A DNA stretch of 64,000 bases from Acidobacteriota bacterium (GCA_040755995.1 JBFMAF010000016.1:32001-96000); one strand, 5' to 3'. Shown: positions 38,821-49,299, numbered from the stretch's first letter. Made by a program: numbers and translations. The notes: generated from the letters alone by a model not told the origin.

Positions 38821-39200
38821 ACTGAGCGTCGTCGGACCGCTGACCGGGTTGAGGTCCCGGATCGGACCAAGCATCGCTTCGCGGTGGCAGGAGCCTCGAA
38901 GCTCCCGAACAGGGCTACCCTCCCGTCGTGATCAACCGTCGATCCCCACAACTTCGCCGCCGAACGCGCCCATCTTCCGTCCCCGGGGCGGAGGATGGGT
39001 CCATGTGCTTCCACTTCCATGCTGGTGTTACTACCCCAGTAGTAATTCCGACACGCAGTCCGAAAAGCGACTTCCTGTGTCCTCAATAGCTGGCCCGAGA
39101 ACGTGGGATTCGCGGGCCGCATCGGTTGTTTTCAAACAGTGCCGCCGAAGAGAGAGGGTTATCTTCCCGACGAGCAGAACGCCGGACGCGATGTGGCGTG

Positions 39201-39956
39201 TCAGGGCAGCTCCAGCGTTCGCAGCCACATGTAGAAGTCAGCCGTTGTGAACAGCTCGTTGGTTTCGTTGTCCAAGCTCTGAATTTCTGCGACATAGCCG
39301 ACATACGGTGCGATCCAATAGTATCTGATGAAGGACCAGGGTTCAGAACCTCCGAAGCTGATCTTCACCTGAACCATCGCCGAGTCATTGAATGTGCCGG
39401 CGCCGACGATCACCGTGCCCTTGGCGACGACCCTCGTGACGACGGTCATGGGAATGCTCCCTTCGGAGAAGACGAGTGATGTCCGTTGAGTAACAGCCTT
39501 TCCCACCTTCGCGGGGAAGAAGAAGAGCCGGAACTTCGGTGCAAAACTGAAGTTCTCATCGGCATCGCCATTTGTATTCGACATCCCGTAGAAGTAGAGG
39601 CCGGCCGGAGTCTTCTTCAGAAAGCTGCATACCTTATCTCCACCGGGCTTGACTACTTGCAGAGCCACGGCCGCATCCGGGTAGTTGCCACCGTTGTACG
39701 CCTGGGACTTGTCGATCCACGCGCTGGCGACGGTCGCCATCCTGGGACCGCCTGTCAGGTCCCAGGGCGGACTGAAAGTCAGTGTGACAGGCACGGTGAT
39801 ACCGCTGGTATTGGAGTACCAAGTTCCCTTGATTCCAATCGTCACGGGGTAGTGGCCGGCCTTGATCGTGACGTTGGGGGAGCCTGGCCAGGCAGAGTGG
39901 GCCATCGTGCAGATGAACAGAATGGCCGATACGGCTGAAAGAGCTCGCTTGTTCAC
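39201..39956 (-). CDS. Secreted beta-rich hypothetical protein
   Basis: GTG after GGAGG; signal peptide; GTVIVGAGTF...YWIAPYVGYV pattern. Confidence 0.72.
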   Translation of the reverse strand: MNKRALSAVSAILFICTMAHSAWPGSPNVTIKAGHYPVTIGIKGTWYSNTSGITVPVTLTFSPPWDLTGGPRMATVASAWIDKSQAYNGGNYPDAAVALQVVKPGGDKVCSFLKKTPAGLYFYGMSNTNGDADENFSFAPKFRLFFFPAKVGKAVTQRTSLVFSEGSIPMTVVTRVVAKGTVIVGAGTFNDSAMVQVKISFGGSEPWSFIRYYWIAPYVGYVAEIQSLDNETNELFTTADFYMWLRTLELP

Positions 39957-40334
39957 GGGGACACCTCCAATCATGTGTTGCGCCGCGTTGCGAACAATGG
40001 CACTCTACACCACTCCCCGTCACAGCGCACACCTCTCCTGCGAAGCACGAAGCATGCCTGATCTCTGCGGCCTCGACGCTCCCGCACGGTCGTCGGAATC
40101 AATAGGTTGGCAATCGTGCGACCTCTCATGCGTGGATGTCATTCCGGACGTCACTATCAAGCGCTTTATCAACTGTCAAGTTGCTTCTCGGTTTCTGTCA
40201 AGCTGGCGCACTGTGATCCTTGTCCTTGAGATGTGCCCGCGTGAGGTGGTTCGTCTCGTGGGCAAGGAGACCGGACCTCTCTGGAAGGACCTGTGCGTTC
40301 TCAACCCGATCGATCCGACGAAGGTGTAGGCGCG

Positions 40335-40450
40335 CAGAACCCCAGGGGATCCGCGATTCGCCAGCAGGCATACGTGTCGGCCCAGGTGTACTTCTTGTCC
40401 TTGGTGAGGACTTGGCCGGCATGGCCTTGGGCGTTGTTGACCCGTTCCGA
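40335..40450 (-). pseudogene. Fused hflK/hflC remnant
   Basis: 40416-40448 resembles hflK 42566-42597 (ERVNNA); 40335-40410 resembles hflC 42086-42157 (TKDKKY.W.DTYA.WRIADPLG). Confidence 0.7.
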
Positions 40451-40736
40451 GCCGCTCCTTGACTTCTTCGAGGGGCAGTATCCGGCGACGATTCACGAGG
40501 TCCTCGGTGCAGCTGAACCTGGCGAGAATTCCGGCGAGGTCTTCGCGCACCAACCCGGATTCCGACGCCAGGTTCAAGCCCTGGTCTCGTACGTTGGGCG
40601 GGCCTGAGCGCGCTCCAATGCATGGCTGGGAATTCAGACAGCCACCATCGGGTCCGACTCTCGCGGCCCTACTGCCGATATGCTCGTTCGCGAGTCTGGA
40701 ACGGCTGCAGCGAGGGGGGGTGGCTCGAATCGTCTG

Positions 40737-41363
40737 CTATCGGTTCGTCGAGCCGCGATCGGGGAGAGGGAGCTGTGGGTCGAGCGTCCCCCGCTTGTAC
40801 GTGGCGGTATAGAACGGCGTCAGGTAGTGCTCCCCCTTCTCACGAGAGGTGAAGTACTTCGCGACGAGCGACATCCAGGCCAGCTCGGCCTGCGTGAAGC
40901 TCTTGTTTTTCACCATCATGAAGGCGATCTTGAAGTTCTTCGCCGAGTCCTTTGCAGCAGGGATGCGCGGTCCCCCCGCTTCGTCCAGGAGCTCCTGGAT
41001 GCTCCAGGTCTCCACCTGCCCGGCCGTCACTCGGTCCGGGTCGCTGTAGTCCGGCTGGATCAGCCGATGCACGGGCTTGACCTTCCCGGGCGGCGCCAGG
41101 CCCATCAGATACAGGTCAAGCCACGAGTAGCGCTCGGTAATGGGATTCACTGGCACGACCCGCCACGTGCCGTCGCCGTTGCCATGCAGATGGCCGGAAC
41201 GCGATCCGGCGAACACAAAGCTCGACATCTGCCCCGCGACGTCGTTGTAGATGACATTCGGGTCGAATGATGCGTAGAGGAACGCACCGGTGCGTTCTGC
41301 ACGAGCAACCTGAGTGAAGCCGAGAGCCGCTATGGCCGCGACCGCGAATCCGATCTTCTGCAT
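40737..41363 (-). pseudogene. Internally deleted paralog of the 35526-36923 metallopeptidase
   Basis: Near-identical N- and C-termini; in-frame 771-bp deletion removes HEXXH (465 aa to 208 aa). Confidence 0.85.
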
Positions 41364-41462
41364 TTCGACACCCCCACCATCCCGATCTGCAAGCCGAACA
41401 CCCAACCTGTATAGACCACCCCATCTGCGTTTCGTACCAATCGTGGCGGGCTATGCGCGGCC

Positions 41463-42383
41463 CTACTTGAGATGCTTGAGCAGTGCCGAGTCGGTCGATA
41501 GGATCAGCCAGGTGTTCTGGTCGAGGCCGGCCTGGAGTGTTTCCAGCGATTTCAGGAACTGGTACAGGTCGGGGTCCCTGCCGTAGGCCTTCGCGTAGAT
41601 CGTCGTGGCCTTGGCGTCGGCGGCGCCCTTTATCTCCTGAGCCGTTCGGTATCCCGCGGAGGAGGCTGCGAGCACGTCGCGCTCCTTCTGTCCTCGAATC
41701 TCGGCCGCCTTGCCCTGGCCCTCCGACCTGCTGCGTTCCGCTATGCGCTTCCTCTCCGAGATCATCCGCTCGAACACTTTCTGCTGCACGGTCTCGACGT
41801 AGTTGATCCGCTTGAAGCGCACGTCGACAAGCTCCACACCGAACTGCGGCGTGATCGCCGCGGCGTTCTTGAGGATCTCCTGGGCGATCATCTCGCGTCC
41901 CGTGGTGATCTCGGCCATGGCCTCGGCCGAGCCGATCCCGGCGAGCTCCTCGGTTACTTGGAACTCGCGGTTGCTGGATCGGACGATCTCGATGAGGTCG
42001 TACTTGGCGACGGAATTGCGCGTCGCGCCGTCGACGATATCATCCAGTCGGCTCTGGCCTCCGCGCTCGTCGCGCACCGCCTTGTAGAAGCCCAGAGGGT
42101 CTGCGATTCGCCAGCGGGCGTACGTGTCGACCCAGATGTACTTCTTGTCCTTGGTGGGGATTTCGTTGGCATCGCCGTTGAACTCGAGCCAGCGCTTGTC
42201 AAAGCGATGGACATCCTGGATGAAAGGCAGCTTGACGTGCAGCCCGGCGTTGGTGATGGCGCCGCTGACGGGCCGGCCGAACTGCGTAATGATCACCTGC
42301 TCGGTTTCCGAAACGGTGTAGACCGACGACCAGAGGAGAATGAGGACCATCAGCCCACCGAATGCGATCGGTACCTTTTTCAT
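41463..42383 (-). CDS. hflC: FtsH protease modulator HflC
   Basis: SPFH domain; TKDKKYIWVDTYARWRI, RMISER, YGRDPDLYQFLKSL. Confidence 0.95.
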   Translation of the reverse strand: MKKVPIAFGGLMVLILLWSSVYTVSETEQVIITQFGRPVSGAITNAGLHVKLPFIQDVHRFDKRWLEFNGDANEIPTKDKKYIWVDTYARWRIADPLGFYKAVRDERGGQSRLDDIVDGATRNSVAKYDLIEIVRSSNREFQVTEELAGIGSAEAMAEITTGREMIAQEILKNAAAITPQFGVELVDVRFKRINYVETVQQKVFERMISERKRIAERSRSEGQGKAAEIRGQKERDVLAASSAGYRTAQEIKGAADAKATTIYAKAYGRDPDLYQFLKSLETLQAGLDQNTWLILSTDSALLKHLK

Positions 42384-43405
42384 TCCTTCACCTCCCTCTT
42401 CTCACCATCTAGTTGGAGTAGCGGGATGATGCCGCGTGCCGCCTCGTCGATGACCAGCTTGCGTCCGAGCTTCGGGAGCAGAGTGGCCATGGTCTCCAGG
42501 TACAGGCGCTTGCGTGTCACGTCCGGCGCCTTCTTGTATTCCTCGTACAGCGCATCAAACCGCTTGGCGTCGCCCTCGGCGTTGTTGACGCGTTCGAGTG
42601 CGTAGCCTTCGGCGGAGCGCACGGCCTGCTCGGCCTCCCCCTTGGCGCGCGGCACGGCCATGTTGTACTCCGCCCAGGCCTCATTGATGGCGCGCTCCTT
42701 CTCCTGGATCGCCTGGTTCACTTCGTTGAAGGCGGGGCGCACGGGATCCGGCGGGTTGACGTCCTGAAGCACGAGCTGCTGGATCTCTATCCCTATGCCG
42801 TAGAAGTCGCAGAGCCTCTGCAGCTCCTGCTTCGCGTCGAGCGCAATCGTCTCGCGCCCGATGGTGATGACCTCGTCGACACTGTGGTCGCCGACGACCT
42901 TTCGAACCGCCGCCTCAGACATGTATCGAAATGTTTCGCGTTGGTCACGGATGTGGAAGAGGTAAGCCCTGGGGTCCTTGATGCGGAACTGCACGATCCA
43001 TTCCACGACCGCGACGTTGAGGTCGCCCGTGAGCATGGTCGATTCTCCCACGGTTTCCTCGGATGCCGGCGCGTACTCGGTCGACTTGCCCGCGAACTGG
43101 GTGCGGAAGCCGAACTCTTCCTTGAGCTGGCGCTGCACAGGCACCTTGATGACGCGCTCCGCCCCGAACGGCAGCTTGAAATGCGGGCCCGGATCGGCCG
43201 TGCGGACGTGTCTGCCAAAGCGCAGCACAACACCCACCTCGTCTGGCTCGATCTGGTAGTAACTGGTGAAGAGAAGCAGCAGCACCACGAAGCCTATAAT
43301 GAGGCCGCGTATGAGCCGCCCTGTCATGCGAGGCACGCCGGGGATGCGGATGTGCGCCCGGCCTCCTCCGATGTCGATCGGTTCGTCGCTCCAGGCTCTC
43401 GCCAT
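42380..43405 (-). CDS. hflK: FtsH protease modulator HflK
   Basis: AAGGAGG RBS; MLTGDLN, PPDPVRPAFNEV, APDVTRKRLYLET; ATGA overlap with hflC. Confidence 0.95.
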   Translation of the reverse strand: MARAWSDEPIDIGGGRAHIRIPGVPRMTGRLIRGLIIGFVVLLLLFTSYYQIEPDEVGVVLRFGRHVRTADPGPHFKLPFGAERVIKVPVQRQLKEEFGFRTQFAGKSTEYAPASEETVGESTMLTGDLNVAVVEWIVQFRIKDPRAYLFHIRDQRETFRYMSEAAVRKVVGDHSVDEVITIGRETIALDAKQELQRLCDFYGIGIEIQQLVLQDVNPPDPVRPAFNEVNQAIQEKERAINEAWAEYNMAVPRAKGEAEQAVRSAEGYALERVNNAEGDAKRFDALYEEYKKAPDVTRKRLYLETMATLLPKLGRKLVIDEAARGIIPLLQLDGEKREVKE

Positions 43406-43529
43406 CGATTTCCTCCTTCGATTACTGGTCAGTATACCTTCGATCCGGCATCGAGCCAAAGCCAGATTGAACTGCGACTCCAGAGTTGCCGTTCAGCCAG
43501 CGGCCTCGAGGGGTCGGCCGCGCGCGAGG

Positions 43530-45740
43530 TCACCCGTGCAGGCGGTCGCGCCGGATTCCGGCGACTGCCAGATGGATGACGAAGGCGACGAACAGGCGGA
43601 CGTCGCGGACGAAGTTGTACGCGAAAAGAACAGGGTTTATTCGGAACACCTTCCCCCGCTTCAAATTGGCTATGGTCCTGTCCCAAAAGCGCGCCAGCGG
43701 TTCTCGGCTGGTGGTCCGGGGCGAAACGACACGCACCGCCTGCCGAGTGGCAGACTTGACGAACGACGCAAGCTTGGCTTTCATCCTGCTCGCCGAGGTC
43801 GTGCAAGCCTTGAGTCTCTCCTGTACCTCGATCTGTTGTTGAATCGCAGAAATGTGCTCTGCGATCGACGTCAGCGCGCGCTTGGCGTCGAACTCGCGCA
43901 TCCTCCTCAGCATCAAATCCAGGTGTTGCCGGAATTCCAAAGCATCCTTCCCCCTGAACTGGTGCAGAGTATCGATGAGCCACTGGCGGGCGTCGCGGTA
44001 ATCGATCCCGCGGATTTGGATGAGCAGATTGGCGACGCGGTGCTGGAGCTCCTTGACGAACTCGATTCTCTGCCACGCCTGGCGGCGCGTCTGCAGCCAG
44101 ACCTCTTCCATCTCGAAGAGCAGCCGCCAGACGCCGCGAGCGTGGCGTATCCACTCCGGGATCCTGCGCTTCAAGTGCGCCCATCGCCCATCGACGGCGT
44201 ACCCGGGCCGGCGATCCGTTCTGTCCTTGATCCGGAAGAAGCCCGAGATCATCGGATGCTGCCCGTCGATCAACGCGTTCTTGTACCAGAAGTAGTTCTT
44301 GAGGATGTCCCAGTACGTGCCGCGGTGCGCGCGGAACAGCACAGCCTCCATGTTCTTGGGGCCGTAGAAGCTCGCCCACGCCTCCCGGTACGTCCGTTCG
44401 AGCTCACCCGGCGGGAAGTTGGGATGAGGGAAGGTCTCGTGAAAGGAGTCGTATTTGTTGTGGTCCGAATCCATCGCATCACCGCGTTCGACCATTCTCT
44501 TGTGGTCGAGGGATCCCGGCAGCGGGACCAGGATGAAGAAGGAGGCCATGTCGACCTTGACCTCCTCCGCAAGCCGCCGCACATCCTCACGCACCGACTC
44601 CGGCGTGTCGTGCGGAAATCCGACGATGTATCCTACGTGGGTGAAGATGCCCGCATTGTGCCAGGCCGCGATCAGGTTCTTGAAGTCCTCGACCTGGTTC
44701 TGCGTCTTGCCCACCGCCTCGAGATTCTTCGGATTGATGCTCTCCATGCCGATGAACACGTTCGAGCAGCCGGCCTCCTTCGCCTTCGCGATGAAGCCGG
44801 GGATCTTGTACGACTGCACGTCGACCTGCATCATGAACTGGAGCTTCATGCCCTCGTCGCGCCGGAGGCGGACCAGCACGTCCATGATCGCCTCCCAGTT
44901 CTTGTTTCGGGCGAAGTTGTCATCGGTGAAGAAATAGAAGTTCACGCCCATGGCATGGTAGTCGTGCCGAATCCGCTCCTCGATCAGCCCCGCGCTCCGA
45001 TGCCGCATCTCTCGCCCCTGGACGTTGATGATCGTGCAAAAGCTGCAATCGAACGGGCAGCCACGCCCGGCATCGATGGTGCCGAACTTGCGAAACACGA
45101 ATCGCCTCATGTAGTCGGACGGAACCCTTGGGATCGGCTGGTGCGTCAAGTCGGGTTTCCGTTTGGAGAAATCGTAGATCGGAGGGAGGCGATCGTGGAG
45201 CGCGTCACGCAGGATGGACTCCCACGAATCCTCCACCTCGCCCCTCACCAGCGTGACTCCCTGGTCAACCAGCACCTGCATGTGGTCCGGGAGATGCTCC
45301 ATGAGCGCGAGCCAGCCGGAGACGTGAAATCCTCCAATCAGCACCGGCAGTCCGTGCGTCCTGAATCGAAGCGCGAGGTCGCTCGCACGCGGGAACTGGT
45401 TGGTCTGCACACCGGCAAGCGCGATGACCGTGAGGGTGTCCGATCGGCGCCGAGCCCTGCGAGCGATGGCATCTACGTCGACCTTCTGCACGGTCTCGTC
45501 CAGGATCGTCATCTCGATCGATAGAGATTCGCCAAGCGCATGGCCGGTCCGCAGGTCGTCAGTGAGACTCGCGAGGCAGGCGAGCGTGTTGCTCGGCAAC
45601 ACCCCCCGCACGTACCGGATGACGTATCCGTCGTCGTCATACTTCGACGGCTTGATGAGATATACGTGCAGCCGCCGGATGCCCTGCCGCGCCTGGCCGT
45701 CGCTGCCCTCCGGGAGATGTCCCCCGCCTACTAACGGCAT
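43530..45740 (-). CDS. B12-binding-domain radical SAM protein with long C-terminal extension
   Basis: IKPSKYDDDGY, LIGGFHVSG, GRGCPFDCSFC, FTDDNF, FIGMES; start uncertain. Confidence 0.88.
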   Translation of the reverse strand: MPLVGGGHLPEGSDGQARQGIRRLHVYLIKPSKYDDDGYVIRYVRGVLPSNTLACLASLTDDLRTGHALGESLSIEMTILDETVQKVDVDAIARRARRRSDTLTVIALAGVQTNQFPRASDLALRFRTHGLPVLIGGFHVSGWLALMEHLPDHMQVLVDQGVTLVRGEVEDSWESILRDALHDRLPPIYDFSKRKPDLTHQPIPRVPSDYMRRFVFRKFGTIDAGRGCPFDCSFCTIINVQGREMRHRSAGLIEERIRHDYHAMGVNFYFFTDDNFARNKNWEAIMDVLVRLRRDEGMKLQFMMQVDVQSYKIPGFIAKAKEAGCSNVFIGMESINPKNLEAVGKTQNQVEDFKNLIAAWHNAGIFTHVGYIVGFPHDTPESVREDVRRLAEEVKVDMASFFILVPLPGSLDHKRMVERGDAMDSDHNKYDSFHETFPHPNFPPGELERTYREAWASFYGPKNMEAVLFRAHRGTYWDILKNYFWYKNALIDGQHPMISGFFRIKDRTDRRPGYAVDGRWAHLKRRIPEWIRHARGVWRLLFEMEEVWLQTRRQAWQRIEFVKELQHRVANLLIQIRGIDYRDARQWLIDTLHQFRGKDALEFRQHLDLMLRRMREFDAKRALTSIAEHISAIQQQIEVQERLKACTTSASRMKAKLASFVKSATRQAVRVVSPRTTSREPLARFWDRTIANLKRGKVFRINPVLFAYNFVRDVRLFVAFVIHLAVAGIRRDRLHG

Positions 45741-45951
45741 GTCCGTATTGTGATCGGCCTTTACGCCGATGTCAATAGAAGCTGCACAATTCCTATCCTG
45801 GTGCAGCGTTCTTGAAACCGTGGATGCTGCGTGAACGCGAATCGATACTTCACCGGCGGTCCCTTCAGCCAACGCCGTCCGCCCCAAGCGCAAAGACCGC
45901 CGATTCGCGTCGGGGTCCGGGAGGCGAGATCGAATATCTCTGCCAGGCCCC

Positions 45952-45999
45952 TTGACAAACCGTGCGTCCTGCTTTATATTCCTAGTGTTGAAGTAGGAT
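45952..45999 (+). promoter_or_regulatory. Sigma70 promoter and autoregulatory Rrf2-type operator
   Basis: TTGACA (45952)-N17-TATATT (45975); ATTCCTAGT-N5-AGTAGGA at 45978-45998. Confidence 0.7.
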
Positions 46000-46003
46000 A
46001 AGG

Positions 46004-46444
46004 ATGCTGAATGTAAGCTATCGCACAGAATACGCCATACGGGCGCTGGTGACGCTTGCTGAGCACTGGGAGAAACCGCCGGTGGGTCTGAGCCGCATCG
46101 CCGTGCAGAAGGATGTTTCGTTCAAGTACCTCGAGCAGCTCATGATGGCTCTTCGGAAGGCCGGCTTGGTGAAGGCGATGCGAGGCAGGACGGGCGGCTA
46201 CAGTCTCACTCGGCCGCCCGCAGCGATCACGCTGGCAGAGGTGCTTGACGTGCTTGAAGGACCGGTGCAGATAAGGGACTGCGCTCCCAGCGATCACGCG
46301 TGCAAATTCTCAAAAGACTGCTTGGTGAAGTATCTGTGGAGAGAGATGGAACGCTCGCTCGTGACAATTCTGAAAAACCGAACCCTGGCCGACCTCGTGC
46401 CGGGAAACGGTAACAAAGCGCGTGCGGGCGTGGCGAAGGCTTAG
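46004..46444 (+). CDS. Rrf2 family regulator (IscR/CymR-like, three Cys)
   Basis: YAIRAL, YLEQL, RGRTGGYSL, LEGP; C..C..C cluster. Confidence 0.95.
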   Translation: MLNVSYRTEYAIRALVTLAEHWEKPPVGLSRIAVQKDVSFKYLEQLMMALRKAGLVKAMRGRTGGYSLTRPPAAITLAEVLDVLEGPVQIRDCAPSDHACKFSKDCLVKYLWREMERSLVTILKNRTLADLVPGNGNKARAGVAKA

Positions 46445-46871
46445 CGGGCATCGAACACGGGTAGCGGAGCGGAGCTGTGATGGAAGGGTGGAGGACGGGT
46501 GACAAGGCGTCACGAGGTATTAGATTACAACTTGTTTCGAAGGGTGAAAGCGAGGGGTTCGGATGACCCCACTGCCCCTGGGTGGTGGTCCGGGTCACCA
46601 ACGGGCGTTGGATGATTAGAAACAGGGCACCATCCGGAAATCCGAGTCCCCTCGCTGGATCCCATAACGAATCTAGCACATTCTTCCCATAAAGGGAATA
46701 GCCGCTGGCTCTGCGGCTCTGCGGTCCTGCAGGCGCGCAACGGATTTGGGGGGCGACGACTCTTACCCATCAATGCGCGCGCTTACCGGCTCGCTTACCC
46801 GAGTAGAGCAGGACGGGTACGGTTACGAGTCGAGGCCTCGCCAGATCCGTCAGGCACCCTGGTGAAGCCGC

Positions 46872-47237
46872 TCAATACGCCTTCGGTCGGAGATTCACAA
46901 ACAGGGACAGACAGAGCGCAGCGAAGAAAACCGCGCAAGTCAACGCATCCACAGCGCCAGGATCGGTATTGGCGCCCGTGACGGAGTCAATCATCAGCTT
47001 CACGAAGGAAGCCGGTGTCGCTGCCAGCCCCAGTTTCTCGCGAACCTGCCAGTGCCAGTCAGTCCAGAAGCAGTAGCCCAAGCCGAAGCAGAGTCCGAGC
47101 CCGAACCACGAGAATGCGATGACCAGCAGGAGGATGAGATGAACCTTGCGGGTCCTCCGGAAGGCCCACCCTGCAAGGACGAACACGATCATGCAGACGT
47201 GAGACGCGAAGAAGAAGTAGTCAAGAAGGCGGTACAA
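46872..47237 (-). CDS. DUF2784 family membrane protein
   Basis: FFASH..FVLAGW...SWFGLG...GYCFWTDWHW. Confidence 0.75.
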   Translation of the reverse strand: MYRLLDYFFFASHVCMIVFVLAGWAFRRTRKVHLILLLVIAFSWFGLGLCFGLGYCFWTDWHWQVREKLGLAATPASFVKLMIDSVTGANTDPGAVDALTCAVFFAALCLSLFVNLRPKAY

Positions 47238-47310
47238 GAATACTCCCGACCTTCGAGGAGGATATGTGCGAGGCAACGTCGAGTCAAGCGCGCGCGGCCG
47301 ACCGGGCCAC

Positions 47311-47405
47311 CCGCAGATCTGGCGGCTGCCAGATGTCAGAATACCGGCGTACACCGATTGATTTTCATCTGCGTAATCTACCTGAATCTGCGCGATCTGC
47401 GGATT
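47311..47405. repeat. ATCTGCG-type intergenic palindromic repeat
   Basis: ccgcagatc...atctgcgtaatct...atctgcgcgatctgcgg; similar tract at 62020-62057. Confidence 0.5.
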
Positions 47406-47548
47406 CCCCTCCGCGCGTCGCCATGGACCCCCCAACTTTCGATGGATGCACTCGGCGGAGCACAGTCGATTGCGCCGGCACTGATGTCGCTGATAGAATC
47501 GCGGCGTCGTTGGCAATCTACGGAGATCGCAATCGGAGGAACAACCCC

Positions 47549-47935
47549 ATGCCACTGGCAATTGACGTAGTGAGGGCGTCGAGTCCGGGGGGTCCGACCG
47601 TCACGGTCGCGCTTCGCGGGCGGCTCGACTCAGACACCGCTCCACAACTGGAAGCGGCGTTGAAACCCGTGCTGGAGTCCTATGTAAGGCACGTCATCTT
47701 CGACCTCGCGGAGCTCCAGTTCATCAGCAGCGCCGGGATTCGCGTCTTCATTCTGGCGCGCAAGCAGCTGAAGCCCCCGGACTGCACGCTCTCCATGAAG
47801 AACCTCCAGCCGCAGATCGCGAAGGTGTTCGAGATCATCAAGGCCGTGCCGGGCTTTCAGATCTTCAAGGATCAGGCAGAGCTCGACGAGTACCTTGCGG
47901 CGATGCAGGAGAAGTACACCAGGCCGGGAGAATAG
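47549..47935 (+). CDS. STAS domain anti-sigma factor antagonist
   Basis: GGAGGA RBS; GRLDSDTAP, FDLAELQFISSAGIR. Confidence 0.92.
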   Translation: MPLAIDVVRASSPGGPTVTVALRGRLDSDTAPQLEAALKPVLESYVRHVIFDLAELQFISSAGIRVFILARKQLKPPDCTLSMKNLQPQIAKVFEIIKAVPGFQIFKDQAELDEYLAAMQEKYTRPGE

Positions 47936-47991
47936 TGCAGGTCGAGCCCGAGGGCCGCGGCAGAGCCCGTTAGCGGCCGGGGCTCGAGGGA

Positions 47992-49146
47992 TCAGTCCAG
48001 GGCTTGCGCGAAGTCGTTTATCAGGTCCTCCACGGCCTCGATGCCGGTAGAGACGCGGACAAGTGAATCACTGACACCCATGCGACGGCGCGCTTCGGGC
48101 GACAGGCCGGCGTGCGACGTGGTGGCCGGACGGGTGATCAGCGTTTCCACACCGCCCAGGCTGGGCGCCTGGATCGGGATCCTCGCGCGCGAAATGAATC
48201 GTTCGGCTGCTTCGAGCCCGCCGCGCAGCTCGAAGCTCAGCATACCGCCGAAGAGGTCAAAGAGCCGGCTGGCCCGCGCGTGTCGCGGGTGGCTCTCGAG
48301 GCCCGGGTAGCGCACCTCTGCGACGGCGGGATGCTGCGCTAGGAAGCGCGCAATGCGCCCGGCGCTTTCGCTCTGGCAGCGCACGCGCAACGCAAGGGTC
48401 TTGAGGCCTCGCTGCAACAGGAATGCCGCGTGCGGGTCCAGCGAGCCGCCCAGGTGGTTCAGCCGGTGCTTGATCCTCTCTACGAGCCGAGCGCTGCCGA
48501 TCACCGCCCCCGCGACGATGTCGGAATGCCCGTTGAGGTACTTGGTGCAGCTGTGGACCGACAGGTCGAATCCGCGCTCGACTGGACGGAAGCCAACGGG
48601 TGTCGCGAAGGTGTTGTCGATGATTGACACCAGACCGTGCTCGCGTGCGAAGGAAACCACGGCTTCGAGGTCGGCGACGTCGAGCAGCGGGTTGGTCATG
48701 GTCTCGACGTAGACGGCCTTCGAGTTCGGCCTGAGGGCGTCTTTCCAGCTCTCTTTGTCGTCGCAGTCGATGACCGAGTATGACAGGCCGAAACCGGCGA
48801 AGTCTTCGGTGATGAAACTGTGTGTGCCGCCGTAAAGGCAATTCTGGGCGAGGAGATGGTCGCCGGCTGAGAGCACTGTCAAGAGCGTTGTCGTGATGGC
48901 AGCCATGCCGCTGGCGGTCACAAGGGCCGCGTCGGCACCCTCCAGCGCTGCAAGCTTCGCGTGCAGGGCGAGGTGATTGGGCGTGTTGTTCAGCCGGATG
49001 TAGCGTAGATCGTCGTAGCTCGATTGCCCTTGGTACTCGTATGTGGAGCTCTGGAAGATCGGCATGCTCACCGCGCCGTGGATGCGCGGCCTCGGTTCTC
49101 CCTCGTGAATCAGCTTCGTCTCCAGCCGTCGTTGCGATTTCTCCAT
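47992..49146 (-). CDS. Cys/Met metabolism PLP enzyme (cystathionine gamma-synthase/lyase family)
   Basis: SGMAAI, DNTFATP, HSCTKYLNGHSD, SLGGVET. Confidence 0.94.
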   Translation of the reverse strand: MEKSQRRLETKLIHEGEPRPRIHGAVSMPIFQSSTYEYQGQSSYDDLRYIRLNNTPNHLALHAKLAALEGADAALVTASGMAAITTTLLTVLSAGDHLLAQNCLYGGTHSFITEDFAGFGLSYSVIDCDDKESWKDALRPNSKAVYVETMTNPLLDVADLEAVVSFAREHGLVSIIDNTFATPVGFRPVERGFDLSVHSCTKYLNGHSDIVAGAVIGSARLVERIKHRLNHLGGSLDPHAAFLLQRGLKTLALRVRCQSESAGRIARFLAQHPAVAEVRYPGLESHPRHARASRLFDLFGGMLSFELRGGLEAAERFISRARIPIQAPSLGGVETLITRPATTSHAGLSPEARRRMGVSDSLVRVSTGIEAVEDLINDFAQALD

Positions 49147-49299
49147 TGTTCCTCCTACTGGCCCGCCGATCATCTAGCGAAGCAGCCTGCCCGTCAAGCG
49201 TCCGAGACGGGCCGAGATCAACGCCGGATCGTGGGCGCCCTTCCCGCTCGTCGAATTCGCCCGCTGGCCAGCGTCGCGATGCTGCGCGGGCCACGTGGC

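Noticed and set aside
35452..41511. Prophage, integron or IS element as the cause of the mosaic
   Set aside because: No integrase, transposase, attC-like sites or terminal inverted repeats were recognised
43266..45524. 752-aa plus-strand ORF
   Set aside because: Antisense shadow of the B12 radical SAM gene; no recognisable motifs
43530..45740. Hopanoid methylase HpnP/HpnR assignment
   Set aside because: The N-terminal motifs differ from what I recall for those families and no hpn genes are adjacent; left unassigned
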